From Spirogloea muscicola (taxonomy: Eukaryota), in NCBI GenBank assembly GCA_009602725.1, contig WELB01000026.1, forward strand, positions 472,530-536,529: a stretch of DNA of 64,000 bases, written 5' to 3'. Each line of letters opens with the position of its first letter. Positions within the stretch are counted from its first letter, which is position 1. This document shows positions 13,181 through 26,099 of the stretch, piece by piece. A program made the position numbers and the translations under genes. A model generated the notes under the pieces. It saw only the letters and a program-made list of their open reading frames with translations, ran no database searches and had not been told where the DNA came from.

Positions 13181-15729
13181 AAGACAACATTCTTTGCCGT
13201 TTGTGTACTTAATAGCAGCTAGGTAGGAATTTTGCAGCTATGAGTGAGGGCTAGTGCTGCACATATATCAGCAACTTGTAATCGTTGCTCAGAGCGTCAC
13301 ATCAAACATGGCGGCTCTGTCAATATATCAGCAAGCACTCGTCTATTTGCTACCAGTATGACAATTAGAAGCCATTCATTATTGTCACACCGTTGGGTGT
13401 GCTCAAATAGCACAACAGACTAGGAGTGCATTGCATACTCAGGTCTTAAGTTTCTCTTTATAGCACTGTCACTATTTTTTCACTATACATTGTACCAATC
13501 CGTACAATCTACTGCATTGAGCTAATGTATGTTCGTGACATACTCTTGAGCTGCCTCCTTTGCCAGCATCAGAGCCTTTAGCATGACCAATTATCTACCA
13601 CGCTGTTGCCCACCATGTCAGAGTGGGCCGAGGATAGCCGCTCAGCACAATGCCGATTATGACAAACACAAATTTACACATCCTTAGCTGGCAATCTCAA
13701 CTCTTTGCTGATGATAGCGCCAAGCCCCCCTGGCTGCGTGGGCTACCCCCACACTTGGGCACCGTCAATATATCGTCCATCCGGGTGGATGTACCAACAC
13801 GTCGCCACCAAGCAACGCACAACAGCACCATGGACTTGGCCTCGGCAGTCAGGCAATGTCACCGCTTAAGCACGAAGACCAAAAGCCCCACTCCTTCAGC
13901 CAGCTGCCTCAGCGAGAGGCCTTCCCACGGCTAAGCCAGCGCCCAATCCACTCATTCGCTGCCCACAGCGACTCACCCATCGACTGGCAATCCGTACCAT
14001 ATACTAGAAATTCGCTTGTCAGTATCTGGCGAGTCTCAATGTCGCACCTCCCGGCTGCATCCAACAAGGAATACCACCCGTCTTCTCCAATCTGTACCGT
14101 CTGCTCGATATTTGCCCCTTTTCTTCAAACAAGCAGACTGCCCCTCTCTGCGGCACAGCCTCAGATCCGCTCAAAGCTGCAGATATAAAATCAAAGTAGC
14201 ACAGGCATCGCCCGCCCATGATTGGTTGGCAGCCATAGCTAGATGGACCGGAGCAGCGTGAATGCCGCAGATTCAATGTAAGCCCAATGTGCATACTCAT
14301 CGTTGCACATGTGCATGAAACCACGCGCCTCTCAAATCTTTGCTCCAAACTGACCTGCACCTGCGCGTCCCTGCCTTCGCACGTACTTTTGCATTTGTGC
14401 CTGCGCCTGCTCCTGACTTGTGCCTGTTCATGTCTCTGACATTGCAGCTCCAGGGTGACCACACCTGCTCATGTTCCACTCAAGAATTGCTCAACGCAGA
14501 CTGACAGATGTCAATTTCCGCCAGACTTCAGATACTTCAGATGCCGCTGCAGCAACTATTATTGTGATTGCCAGATACTGATCCTCACATGCTGCCAGAT
14601 ACAGGTATTATATCATATACCTCAAATGCTGCTAATTGCAGACAGATATTTACACCCAAATGCCAGCAGATGCAGAGCTCCACATGCGGCGCTTAAGATA
14701 TAGTTTCAATCGATCTTCAGACTTCCCTCCACATGCCATGACAACCCAGATCTAGGTGATAGAGATCCTCATTGCTGCTAGCTGCAAACCGCAACACAAC
14801 CCTTGGTACCATGCCACCCAAGGTAGACGGCTGGAAAAACGAAATACTGCCATCACCCCGTGCGTGTGCGTGTCGCCACCCTCGACCATGACCCCACATC
14901 CGTGCCCTCCACATCAGCCATTAGCCTCTAATCCTCGGCTGCAGGCCACCATTGCCAAATTGAAGAGACTTGACTACTTTGCCTGCTGCACCTGTCATTC
15001 AGCCTTTACACCATCGCATTTGCCTCGGTCGGCGGGCAGCAAATAAAGGGCGGGCAGAGGCAAACCATGCCGCCGGAACCAGATTTAAAGTCACATCATC
15101 GCCGATTGTCTTTGCTCCTACGCCACTGTCAGCCTAACCCCTCCAAGCAAGCAATAGCAGCGAGGGACAAGCAGTGTGCGGCACCTGGCAGACTTTAAAC
15201 AGGCCCTGTGTGCAGCTTCTCACAAGTGCAGGTGCCGCTTCGGGAACTCGTGACGACCTTTGCAAGCACCTTGGCTTCCACTGCCATGTTTATTGCCGTG
15301 CCACGCATCGCCTCTTAGTTCGAGTCCAGCTTCTCAGCCGAGAGAGAATTGACTCAACCCCATCAATAGCTTCATAGACATCATCCTTTGATATTACCCT
15401 CTGGTCGCTGCATTTTGTATGCATACGTGAGATACAGTATGCGCAGCCCGAGCAGTGTGCCCACAGGTTTTTGCTTTTCCTAGATCTGGCGACTCTGATT
15501 CGCACCTCTTGGCTGCAATCTATAGCCGCATTCAATAGCCACCACTACTTTGTTAGAATATAGGCATTAGCTCCTTATAATAATTCTTGATATGATTATT
15601 TCCTGATATGACTTAACTGTCCCACTAGGGAAGCGCCTGTTGGTTCCAGGGGGCGGCTTGCCCGGACCATCGGGGTGAAACGTAGGCGGTAACACAAGTG
15701 TGAGATCTCAACGGACTCACTAGCCTAAC

Positions 15730-16050
15730 GGACACCCTCTTCCGCATGCGCCTGGCGGTATCGCTTCAACGCTCCCTTGCCCACGCCGTCCACACGCGAG
15801 CAGGCCGTGCTGTGGCCGCCGCCTCTGGGTCTCGGCGGAGTGCCTCTTTCCCTGCAGCGAGCTACTCAGACCTGATGTTGCTCGCTCGTGGGTACTGAGC
15901 TTCCCTCTGCATACTCTATGTGTTTTGCAGTCTTTTGTAGTGTAGTCCTTTTTCCGCCTCCTCTTTCTTTGGCTTTGGACATTGTCCATTTTGTTTTGGG
16001 CTGGCTTTTGCCAGCCCCCCTTCTCCGACCTTTGTGGACCTTGTACATGC
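15730..16050 (+). mobile_element. CRE-like 3' fragment directly upstream of the racemase gene
   Basis: ...SDLMLLARGY* at ~15866-15898, followed by GGACATTGTCCATTTTGTTTTGGGCTGGCTTTTGCCAGCC. Confidence 0.7.
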
Positions 16051-16314
16051 TTTCGTGGACTGGCCGTCGACAGCCCCTGCCCCGTCTGAACGTGCTGCTT
16101 CTCCTATCACCTCATCATCCCACGCACAGTCCACCATCAAAAGCTTACTCATACCCGCCTCACTCCCTCTCTTTGCTCAGGCTCGACGCACATCGACCAG
16201 TCTACCCAGCGCCTTTGCACTCAATACCCGTTCAAAGCCAAAGCTGTTCACCACCATCCACATTGTCAACATACGCATACGCACCCAGACCGACCACTAG
16301 CTTATTGCAGAGAA

Positions 16315-17145
16315 ATGGAGGCCACCACAGAGAAATCAGCTACCACGCCGATGAAACTGCTATGGATCAACCCGGTCACCACGTCCATGTACAACAAGCC
16401 CTTCTCCGACATGATTGCCAGAGTGAAGTCCCCTCATGTGGAGGTGCACGTTGTCTCGCTTCACCTGCCCGGGAAGAACATCACCAACCTCGAGTTCCGC
16501 GCCAGTGAAGCTGCCATCACTCAGCCCGTCCTTCACCTGGCGCACCACGCCGGCAAGAACGACTTTGACGGATGCGCCATCCCCTGCTTCTATGACACCG
16601 CCCTCAAGGAGGCGCGAGAGGTTTGCGGAGGTATGATCGTCAGCGCCCCTTGCGAGGCCTCGCTCATCGCAATCACCGGCATTTGCAACCGTTTCTCTGT
16701 CATCATCGGCGTCGAGAAATGGCAAATCCAGATGGAAGAAACCATTCGCGAATACGGATATGGGAAGCGAGTCGTCTCCTTTGAGAAGCTCGGCCTGCAT
16801 GTCGACGAATTCCAGATGGACCCGGATGAGACGAAGAAGAGGATGAGGAAGGCGGTTGAACGGGCCAGGGAGGCCGGGGCCGAGGCCGTCATTCTCGGTT
16901 GCACAATCGAGTTCGGCTTCTACGCCACTCTCCAAGAGGAATATGGCATTCCTGTCATCGACGCCGCCTTCGCCTGCTACGTCGACATGGAACGCAAGGC
17001 GATGAACAAAGTGCAGTTTGGCTGGAGGACGAGCGGAGTTGGCAGCTTGGAGCCGCCGAGTGAGGAGGACATTGAGAAGAGCGGCATCTATGCCGGGGAG
17101 CCGCCGATTGACAAGGAGAACGTTGTCATAGTTCCTCGGAAGTAG
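16315..17145 (+). CDS. Asp/Glu/hydantoin racemase family protein (hydantoin/allantoin-racemase-like), intronless
   Basis: 276-aa ORF with KLLWINP, catalytic Cys motifs PCFYDT and ILGCT, AREV..PCEAS and GIPVIDA. Confidence 0.9.
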   Translation: MEATTEKSATTPMKLLWINPVTTSMYNKPFSDMIARVKSPHVEVHVVSLHLPGKNITNLEFRASEAAITQPVLHLAHHAGKNDFDGCAIPCFYDTALKEAREVCGGMIVSAPCEASLIAITGICNRFSVIIGVEKWQIQMEETIREYGYGKRVVSFEKLGLHVDEFQMDPDETKKRMRKAVERAREAGAEAVILGCTIEFGFYATLQEEYGIPVIDAAFACYVDMERKAMNKVQFGWRTSGVGSLEPPSEEDIEKSGIYAGEPPIDKENVVIVPRK

Positions 17146-18664
17146 GACAATGAGGCCATACCAGCACTACTTAGCCTAGCTGGAGAACTTGTGTGCTCCA
17201 GATTTTTGATATTTCCCTCGTGTTTGTTCATTGAAGCGACAGAATTTACAGATTGGTGACTGAAAGTTAACAACATACAACATCGACATCAATGGATGTG
17301 ACAAGCCTGCTTCTCCCAATCCTAAACTCCAATTCCTAATCCTAAATCTGATGCCTGAATGTCATTCGAGCCCAGTCACTGACCTGTGGTAACCCTTGGT
17401 CACGATTCCAAACATCAGCACCGTCAGCACCACTGGACCTCACCTTGCTGTGCAGCCCTTCGATGGACCATAGAAATGCTGGGTATGCCACCAGCACAAA
17501 TGATCGCTTGACAATCCGCAACTTCATACAATTGACACTAGCAGCATATCACTGGCGTCGTCGTAACCAAAAGCTTCACCAAGTTTGTCATTTTTAGGAG
17601 CAATGAATGTTGTGCACAGTGGGCAGAGAGGTGTTGTGCTAATGTCGGCACGTGGCAGGCCAACTCATTTCAGGTAAGCGGCAACGCTGCTGCGCCACGG
17701 GCATGAGCTAACTCGCCTTTGCTTGCTCAAAGTCCCCGTGAGGGCTCTTACTTGAAATACCGTTCTGTTACATTGTCCTATCAACAGCACGTACCTGCAC
17801 TTGGCACTGCACTGCAATGACTGACCCAAATGAGTGAGGAAAGTTTGTTAAGGAGTAGAGATCAATCTTCTTCCGTCTTCAATAAGTGGCGGCCAATCTG
17901 CTCATCTATGTGTTGGCTGCAGTATCCATCATTGCGAGCAACCAGCCAAGGCTTGGATAAATTGACTCCAAGAGTACAAACATGCTGGTGGCCTCCAACT
18001 TATACATGTACGAAACATTCTATTGGGCCACTTCTTTGAGTAGGAAAGTCAGGCATCCAACCTGCTCCTACTAATTCCAGCTACAGAATTCTCTCCTGTA
18101 CATCCTGTATCTGGCCAAAGGAGGAACAACCATCCAGGTTAGAAGGCACTGCCCATAAGCTCCCTCATCAGCTCATATCATGCACATATACCACGGACAT
18201 CAGCTGAAGGCTGGCCAGACCATTGCTAAAGATGAACACACATGAGGAATGCCCACCAAGCAATCACAAGTATGCCAAGGCTTTGGTGCGAGGTGAAGCC
18301 CTGCGAAGGCAGTTATCGACAAGCCATGCAGATACCTTAGCAAGCCAGCTAAGAGCCCATGCAAGCCCAGTTGCTCACCACTCGGAGCCTGTTGCATGGG
18401 CAGACGTTGAGCGAGGAGGTCAACGAGCTCCAGTAACTGGAGAAGGCGTTGTGCGTGTCCATTGAATCAATCAATATGCAATGCTATGCAGTATGCCTGC
18501 GCCCGTCTTGTTGCAAACTTGGTCCTCTTTGCCTACGTGGCCGCCTCAAGAGTAGAAGTGACACACAGGAGGAGCAGCTCCAGCAATCTCACGCACACTC
18601 AGCCAGGACTTCAAGTAAACAAAGAGAGGTGTCTTTGTAGCTGAGCTGACTGCCATAGGCCCTG

Positions 18665-21600
18665 CTACATGAGCACGGTCCACAAGGCTTCGGCAATCCT
18701 GCGAGCAGCTCCAAAGGGGCCCATCCTTAGCCTCCCATTGCTGGCTACTTGCGCCAGCAGCCTCTTATCAGACAGGACTCTTGATATTGCGGACGCCGCC
18801 TCGCTCGGGCTTCGGCAGAAGAAGACCTGCAGGCAGTACGCAACCAATGCCCCAGGCGGCTTACAGGCAGTACTTTACAGTGGAATAGAGAAGCTTGTAG
18901 TTAATTGTGTGATGTCGTCTTGCAAAGGAACAATGTCTCAGCTGTAACCTTGGCCTTCAAAGGTAGTAAAAGAAGGCATCTCCAGTGCAAGAAGAGGCTA
19001 ACTAAGACAAGGCAGCCCTCCTGTCAATATGTAGAGTGGTTACCGAAGAGCCTAAAAGGCGAGCCTGTGCTTCAGCAAAAGCAAACGTGAATTGTGGCCC
19101 GCTTCCAGGAAGCGTGAAGGCTGGCTTGCCCAAACCAACCTGACAAAGAAAATGCGTGGCAGATATTGAGCTGCCTGCAGCATGGTGCTAAAGTTAAGTG
19201 ATTGTGGTAAGCTCAGCACCCAATCGGAAGGTGGATGTGCAATGGGCAAGAGGAGACACACACACGCTGGATCAATGCATGAGGGGATTGCAATACATGT
19301 GTGCTCACAAGCTGCTCCGTGGCCGTGCCTGCCATTGCCAGGCCACCATCCGCGAGCTGGAGGCAATCGCTGAAGCTTCCTTGAGTGAGGATCAACACGG
19401 TCTCTGAGTGGTCCTCATGCGCGGCATGACAGGAGCTCCCTTGCGAAGTCAACCTAAACGTCAGCTCCGAAGACTTGTGCTGCTGTCCAGGTCCACTGGC
19501 AAGGGAAAGGCACTTTGTCTCGCCTTTCCAGTCACAAGTTCCCTCGGATGTATCTTGTGAAAGGCGTCTGATGGAGTTGCAGTCTCTGACGCTTACAGGG
19601 CCCATACTTCTGACGGAATTGGGATCACTGGCAACCCCCTCAGCTGACTTGGACTCATCATCTCCACAGCCACGTGCTTTTGCTGCTGATGGCTGGAACA
19701 GATCGTGCATAGCATGAATCTGAGAAGAGTCTCGAGCTGCAGCAAAAAGAGTTGTTGCAGCCTCCACGATGCTGCAGTGATCTGATTGCCAACCGTGCTC
19801 AGTGAGGACCTTGACAAGCCTGCCAAAATCACCAGAAGGGGCCACAGGAACAAGAATGACGAGGCCTCTAGGGTGCAGCAGGTCCGCAGCCTCCATGACC
19901 ACCTGGAGGAGCTGCTCAAAGTTGGCATACACCTGCCACATGGCAGGTCATGACAAGAATCCAGATCAAGTCATACCACATGACTTTCATACTTCCTCCA
20001 GCTCTGCAATAGAGCCACGTGCTCCTTTGTGTGAGCTTTCTCTGACACACATTCTTTAATTCCTAGCCATTACAAAGGCTGCATACTTACGACCAACAGC
20101 CTAGACTTGGTTGCAAATGATTCCATGAGGTAGGTCCTCTGTACCTCTGGCGAGCGGGAGCCAGGAAGCAGGCAGAGGCAAGCAGCCTGAGACTTGTGCA
20201 GCATCTGGTGCCTTAGACTCCCCGTTGCAGCCAAGCCGTCCATCATGGGGTTGCCAAGGTCTTTGACCTGTTCCATTGCCAGCAGAGCACGCCATACCTT
20301 CATCTTAGTGCTACCTTATTAAGATATTTCTCCCAACTCACTAAACTACGGGAGTCATAACCACTGCCCAAGCTGGCTTCATTGGCAGCTTACCTTGCTG
20401 TGCGCCTCAAGCGGAAGGACTGCCTTTAAGGTCTCCGTAGTGAGGGTGTCACGCGGCACAACCAGCCTGGAATAGTGCAGTCTGCTCATGAGTCAGAGGA
20501 TGTCCAACGCTTATCTGCTGGCCACAACTGCATAAGGTTGCTATTATTGGTCATGTCATGAATTGAGGTACTTCGCTCAGCAGCTGCCTGTCACTGCGCT
20601 GGCAGAGACTTGGTCATGAAGGACGCAGATACTTGCATGCAATCTGCAGCTGCCATAAGCGCACGCTCCCATGGTAGGTACACGCTGCTGGGAGACAGGA
20701 AAGCTTCCACTGCACATGAGAGATAGGCTCAAGTAACTCATTGCCAAGCTTTTCAATTGCAGCAAATTGCATCAATGAACCTGCACTTGTCGTGATGGCA
20801 CTCTTTAAGTGAAGAGACGAACTCTCAGAAGCAATGGCTATGGCTAACCATGCACTCAAGCTTGAGAGCAATATGTGACTGTGATAGGGCTTTGGGCACT
20901 ACTGGGGCTTCTGGTCGACTGCTGCAAGAGCTCGCCACTGCTGCCTCGGATGTAGTACTCGCTTTTGGCAGTTCCAACAAACGCATATCGGCCCTTGCCG
21001 ACAGCAGCACCCCAGCATTGTTGGCCTTGGGCGCGGCTGGCCAACCATGCAAGAGCAAGGGGAAAGACGTCTCCCACAGCCAGGATGGGCGCCGCTGGGT
21101 TCTCTTGCTTCCACCTCCTCACTGCACGCAACTGACAGGCAATTCCTTTGCTGCAGAGGCACATTGTACGCTGCTCACAGTTATGGAGGACTAGGCGCAA
21201 GCAGGCATGATAGGTGCTGGTCATGAGGTCCTACTTGGCCTACTGTGAGGGCGAGCAGCCCGGCCTGCACGTCGCCCAGGAGCTGCTTCTGGTCCATATA
21301 GAGAAACCTGAAGACCAGCGAGAGCTGCGCTTGAGGCCCCTCTTTCTCTTCCTCTGACTACACTTCACATTCGATGTGAGAGCAGTAAGTGACTAGTCCA
21401 GGAGGAAGGTACCCGCCGCTCGGCATAGCCTTGGTAGGGCCGACGACGGGCATTCCAGCACGCAAATAAGCAGTGCCCTCTCCCACGAGCGGCAGGGCGC
21501 TGATGTGAATCTCCTGCCTCTTCTCCTTGGCCAACTTCTGCGCACGACCATGGCACACAGTCAAATAAAGACCTTAGCGCCAGCACAAGATCAAGAGCTG

Positions 21601-22023
21601 GAGGCGAAATCAGGCGACCCACGACAACCATGTCCGCCGGGGTCGCCACGACCTGCAGCTCTTGTAGGACGGTGACTGCAATGGTGTCCTCCCCGTGGCC
21701 GTTGCTGAGGCACAGCAGCTGCAGCGGCTCCGCAGGCTCACGCTGCGCCTTTGCCCGCTGGAACTGGAGTCAAGCCCGCTGTCAGTGATAGCCAGAGCCC
21801 TTCGACCGGACGAGCGCCTCAGCACTGCCTCGTAGAGCAACGGCGGTGGCAGTGACGGCGGTGTCCACGGTGGACAGCCAGCCAGAGCGTGGGAGCTCCC
21901 AGGTACCTCGAGGCTGTCCTCGAGCTCAGCGTCAAGGCCAGCAGCCGGTTCCGCGGCAGCGCGGCAAGAGCCACGGCAGCCATGCGCCGCCCGCTTCCGC
22001 AGACTCGCCGCTACCGCCGCTGC

Positions 22024-22054
<31 letters not shown>

Positions 22055-22056
22055 AT
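18665..22056 (-). CDS. Lipid-A-disaccharide synthase-related protein (cyanobacterial type, GT-B), multi-exon, probable plastid transit peptide
   Basis: Exons read LLCLSNGHGED / LPLVGEG..PTKAMPSGG / FLYMD / AVGDVFPL..FVGTAKSEYY / SVYLPWER / VPRD.LT / LGNPMMDGL..LLPGSRSPE / AMAGTATEQL / VGLGKP..PGSGPQFT..FAEAQARLLG / NGRLRMGPFGAARRIA. Confidence 0.85.
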
Positions 22057-22389
22057 CGCCGACGGCGGAGGCCATGCCGCGCGCTAGGGTTAGGCGTACA
22101 ACCGTGGCCGCGGGCGCCAGGGTTGGAGGTTTGCCGGACGACCCGGGAGGGGGGGGCCGGAGCCTGCCCGACAGCTCGTCGTCGGGTGGAAAGGCAAGGA
22201 ACGGCCAGCTGACNTCAGCGGCGGCGGCGGAAAATGCGGCGGGCTGCGCGGCCGCCGCGGCCGCCATGGCCATCGCCCGACGTCGCCGCCGGTGGCGGAC
22301 GCTCCACCGGAGCCGCTGAGTGTGGGGGACCCAGTGACCACGTGAGTCGCAGTATGAGTCGCGGTGTGCTTTAGCGCTTTTCAGGAGAC

Positions 22390-22830
22390 GGGAAGAAGTG
22401 GCTCTCCCAATGGGCTCTCCCAATGGAAGGAGAAAGACTCTTCCAGTGGCATTCTAGGCATTCTAGGCATTCTAGCGTCCCGCAAAGCCATCATTGCATG
22501 CTATAGAATGCGACTATCATTGAGTCTACAGCGCTCCCAGGCACTCGCGATACACCAGCGTGCTGGTCGTGCATTAGCCCAGGCTAATGGCTTCCGTGGT
22601 GGTGGGTTGGCACCTCAGTATAGCCTGTCAGATATGCATGTGCTCACTCGGGGATATTAGTTTCCCCCTTAGCCAGCTCATTACCCAGTTAACAGGACAT
22701 TTTAAAGGCTAGAATCGGCCTCCCTTTCAATTTCATGCGCACCGCGCGCCTTCTCTCTTTCCAGTCTTCCAGTAGGTGGCGATGACTGTGAGTGGCCAGC
22801 CCAGAGAAATCAATTACCAAGGTTCTCAGC
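22390..22830. mobile_element. CRE-like 3' fragments
   Basis: LSLSLQRSQALAIHQRAGRALA...SDMHVLTRGY* (to 22660) plus its 3' UTR; near-identical copy at ~44450-44710. Confidence 0.75.
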
Positions 22831-23213
22831 AAGAGCTTTGAAAAGACCACCAACGCGTTGAGCAGCAACAATGGCCTACTTCAGATGGACACACGAGCGA
22901 GCCCTTAGCGTAAAGTCGCTGCTATTCTGTAGAGATTGACAGCGTTTGCTTGCTCTCTCTTCTGATGACCGGCTGACCCATTGTTGACAGCGTTTGCCGA
23001 GATGGTGAGCAGATAGGGTCCAAGACTACAGATGCCACAACAGCAGTTGTGGGCCTACAAAGTGACCTCATACTCCAGACACAACTCCAGATAACTCGCT
23101 CTACTAGCAAACTGCAAATGTGGGCCCAGTCGTTCGTTTGGATGGGCATAAAGAATATCAGAAGACAAAAGAGGTGTAAATGGTGGACAGGTGTCCCACG
23201 ACTCTGAGATACG

Positions 23214-25918
23214 TCACTCTAGGTACTTTTCTAGCTTCTCCACCTCCTCAATGCTTCCAATGAATAGCGGGACACGCTGGTGGACCTGCACAGCAAACGA
23301 GGGCCACCAGATGGTCAAGTCAAGTAACGTAGGGCATCCGAAACCTACTTTAAGAAGAGTTTCATATATCAGCTCATACCACCTTTCACGAGCTGGCACG
23401 AGGCTACTCGACTCTGAAGGTTAAAGTCTTTGTGATGCTCGTCACACTAAGATAACCTTAGCTCATGGAGCTTGAGTAATGTGCAAGACAATCAAGACAT
23501 AGCGACCTCACTCTTATCAAAGAGAACATGCACAGCTTAGGAAGGACGATAGAGCTCAAAGCACTACCTTCTCCGGAATGATGTCAAGGATGCGCTTGTA
23601 GCCATCAGAGCCCTTGCCCCCCGCCTGCTCCACTAGGAAGCTCATCGGAGCGCACTCGTACAGCAGACGCAACTTCCCAGTCTTGTTTTTGCTATCGGGG
23701 GGATAGCCGTAGATACCTCCATACAGCAGTGTCCGGTGGAAGTCGCCCACTAGGCTGCCAATGTAGCGTGCAGAGTAGGGCTTGCCGCTAGGACCAGGGT
23801 CCTGCAAGCAAGGGCAACCAGACGCAAGGTGTTGTGGTAAATTGACGACAGGGTCTCCTTTGCTGCATCGCAAGCAATGCGTGCGCCTCTGCTGCTGACG
23901 AAAGACACCCACGAGATTGACATCTAGTGTCATACCAGTGTGTTGCCAGGTGCCAAATGCAATTTGCAGCTCGTGGATGACCCTTACATGGCCCACGACC
24001 ACATCATGACAGCCTCACTCTGCGCGTGCACCCCCTATTCTAGTCCTCAACCTGAAGCACGCATGCAGGGCAATGCAGGGCATAACCCTGGGAAACTTGG
24101 AGGATTGGGCGCAGGCGCAGACGCATCTCCAGCTGGTCAAGGCAGGACCACGCGTGTGGACCATGAAACTGTTGGAGCAATAGTAGGGAGCAATAGAGAC
24201 ACTGATGTCTGAATGGGCTTTGCCAGGCAGGGCTGACCTTGAGGGAGTCGATGTACTTTTTCAACTTGTCGCTCCAGAGGGCGTAGTTGCCCTCGTTGAA
24301 AGAATAAATCTTGCCAGACTTGGGCACAGTAATGCGGTCGTGACTGAGCACAAACTCGCCGTACATGGGGTCAAGAGTGAAGCCATAGAGCCCATTGCCG
24401 ACAGAGAGTACGAGGATGACGGAGCTGGAGTACATGCAATAACCCGCGGCCTGCAGGTTGCTGCCAGGTTGGCAGACATTTACAACGCACGCCTGCTCAA
24501 TCTGGTCAAGCTGCAAGTCCAGAGAAGGAAAGGTACAGCCACTTTCAACAATTCAGGACTCCAAGCTGCATGGCTGCACGAAGCATGCCTCGAACTTGCC
24601 AAGTACTGCCTGGTTACGGTGCCCTTATTGCTAAAAACAGAATGCTCACTGCCAGCTTAGGCAGTTACTGAACAGAGGGGTTAATGGTCTGTCCATTATG
24701 ACCGAGACACGTCCATCATGGGTAAAGCCAGCTCACTTCAGCTCATCGGAGGAAGGAGGCTCACGCTTGGGTCGTCGCCCAGGTTCACAAAACAACCTGA
24801 GTCATTCTCGGGCTTGAAGATGCCAAAGATGGAACCAGTGGAAACAGCGGCATCGATGTTGGACGAGCCATCGAGCGGGTCAAACACCACAATATATTCG
24901 CCGCCATATGTCTCCTCCACTGCCACTGGCGTGTCCTCTTCCTCGGAGGCTATGATGCCCGTGCGCCCGCTCGATCGTAAGGTGTTGGAGAAGACCTGCA
25001 TTGCACACCCGAGGACTTCACAAGGTCTTAGGATCTTATATTGACTGAAGCATAGCTGGGCTCCCCACAGCGCTTCCATTGTGGACTGTACGCCAGGTAG
25101 AAGTGTAGGTTGTGGCCTGCATGCCAATCACAAGCCTCAAGATGGGCACAGCAAGGTCGAGCACTGACCTCGTTGGAGATGACATCGAGCTTCTTCTGGT
25201 CCTCACCAGAGATATTTTGAGCGCCCTGGATACCTGCCAGAAGCCAAGTACAGCTGGCGTCCATGAGTTGCTCAAGACAAGCCCATACAGTCAACAGTGT
25301 CGTCAAAGTTGGGAGACTAACCCGTCATGTTGGCGATGCCAGCGCGCTGCACCAGCGACGCGATCTGCTTGCAGGCGGTCGCTATGGACGTGAGCACGAT
25401 GACCATCTCGTTGTCGATCTGGCCCGCAATCTCCTGCCGCACGACCCAGTTGGTGAACGTCTGGATCTCGTACTGGCTGCGCTTGCGGGCCTCCTTGAGC
25501 TCCCCGGGCTGCACCGCCAGCGCAGCGCGCGCCACGCCCAAGGCCTGCGCCAGCCAGTGCCGCAGTAAAACGCCACATGAGACGGTTGGAAGGCTTCGCC
25601 GCAACGTAGAAAGCGATCCGGGCAGCTTCACGGAAATGCAGCTCGCAGGCAACCGCTCCGCCTCCGCCAGTGTCGTGTTTAGCTCAGCTCGTGGGCACGC
25701 CGCCGGCCATCATCCAACTCGCCGACGGCAATGCCGCCGCGGCCAAGCAGAACGACCAGCCGCAACGACAGCCAGCGATCGAGAGTGACGTTTCCGCCTC
25801 ACCTTGCCGCCGCGCGCGCACAGCCGCACGCCAGAGGCCGCCCGCAGGTCGGCTGTGGAGCCGCCGAAGACGGCCGACAGCGCCGCGGCCGGAGACGCCC
25901 GACGGGCCGGCGGCGGGT
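23214..25918 (-). CDS. CFBP1: Chloroplast fructose-1,6-bisphosphatase (redox-regulated type), 7 exons; ATG probably in the gap at 25919
   Basis: [18 protein letters not shown] / [13 protein letters not shown] / [27 protein letters not shown] / Cys-bearing redox insertion [27 protein letters not shown] / [26 protein letters not shown] / [10 protein letters not shown]. Confidence 0.96.
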
Positions 25919-25990
25919 NCTAGGGTTAGGGCTTAGAGCGGCGGAGTCGATCTGCCGTAATGGGTATCCGTAAGCAGGGGCCGGGGTGGC

Positions 25991-26000
25991 GCCACGTGGC
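25991..26000. promoter_or_regulatory. G-box GCCACGTGGC in the FBPase promoter; telo-box CCCTAACCCTA at ~25921-25931 in the 5' UTR
   Basis: Perfect G-box palindrome ~70 bp upstream of a light-regulated Calvin-cycle gene. Confidence 0.5.
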
Positions 26001-26099
26001 AGTGGCTGGCGTCCGTTCACGTCTGGTTTCCGGTCGCCCGCCCCAATCCACGAAGCTCATTACTAGCGTTCAACCTCACGGACTTCTTTCATCAAGACG

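Noticed and set aside
13650..15550. Short ORFs and low-complexity TGCRCC / CAGATA repeats
   Set aside because: No recognisable protein motif or consistent splicing; left unannotated.
16360..16935. 191-aa antisense ORF
   Set aside because: Shadow of the racemase codon bias; no recognisable motifs.
17350..18600. Possible decayed coding sequence on the minus strand
   Set aside because: Stops in all frames and no family could be assigned.
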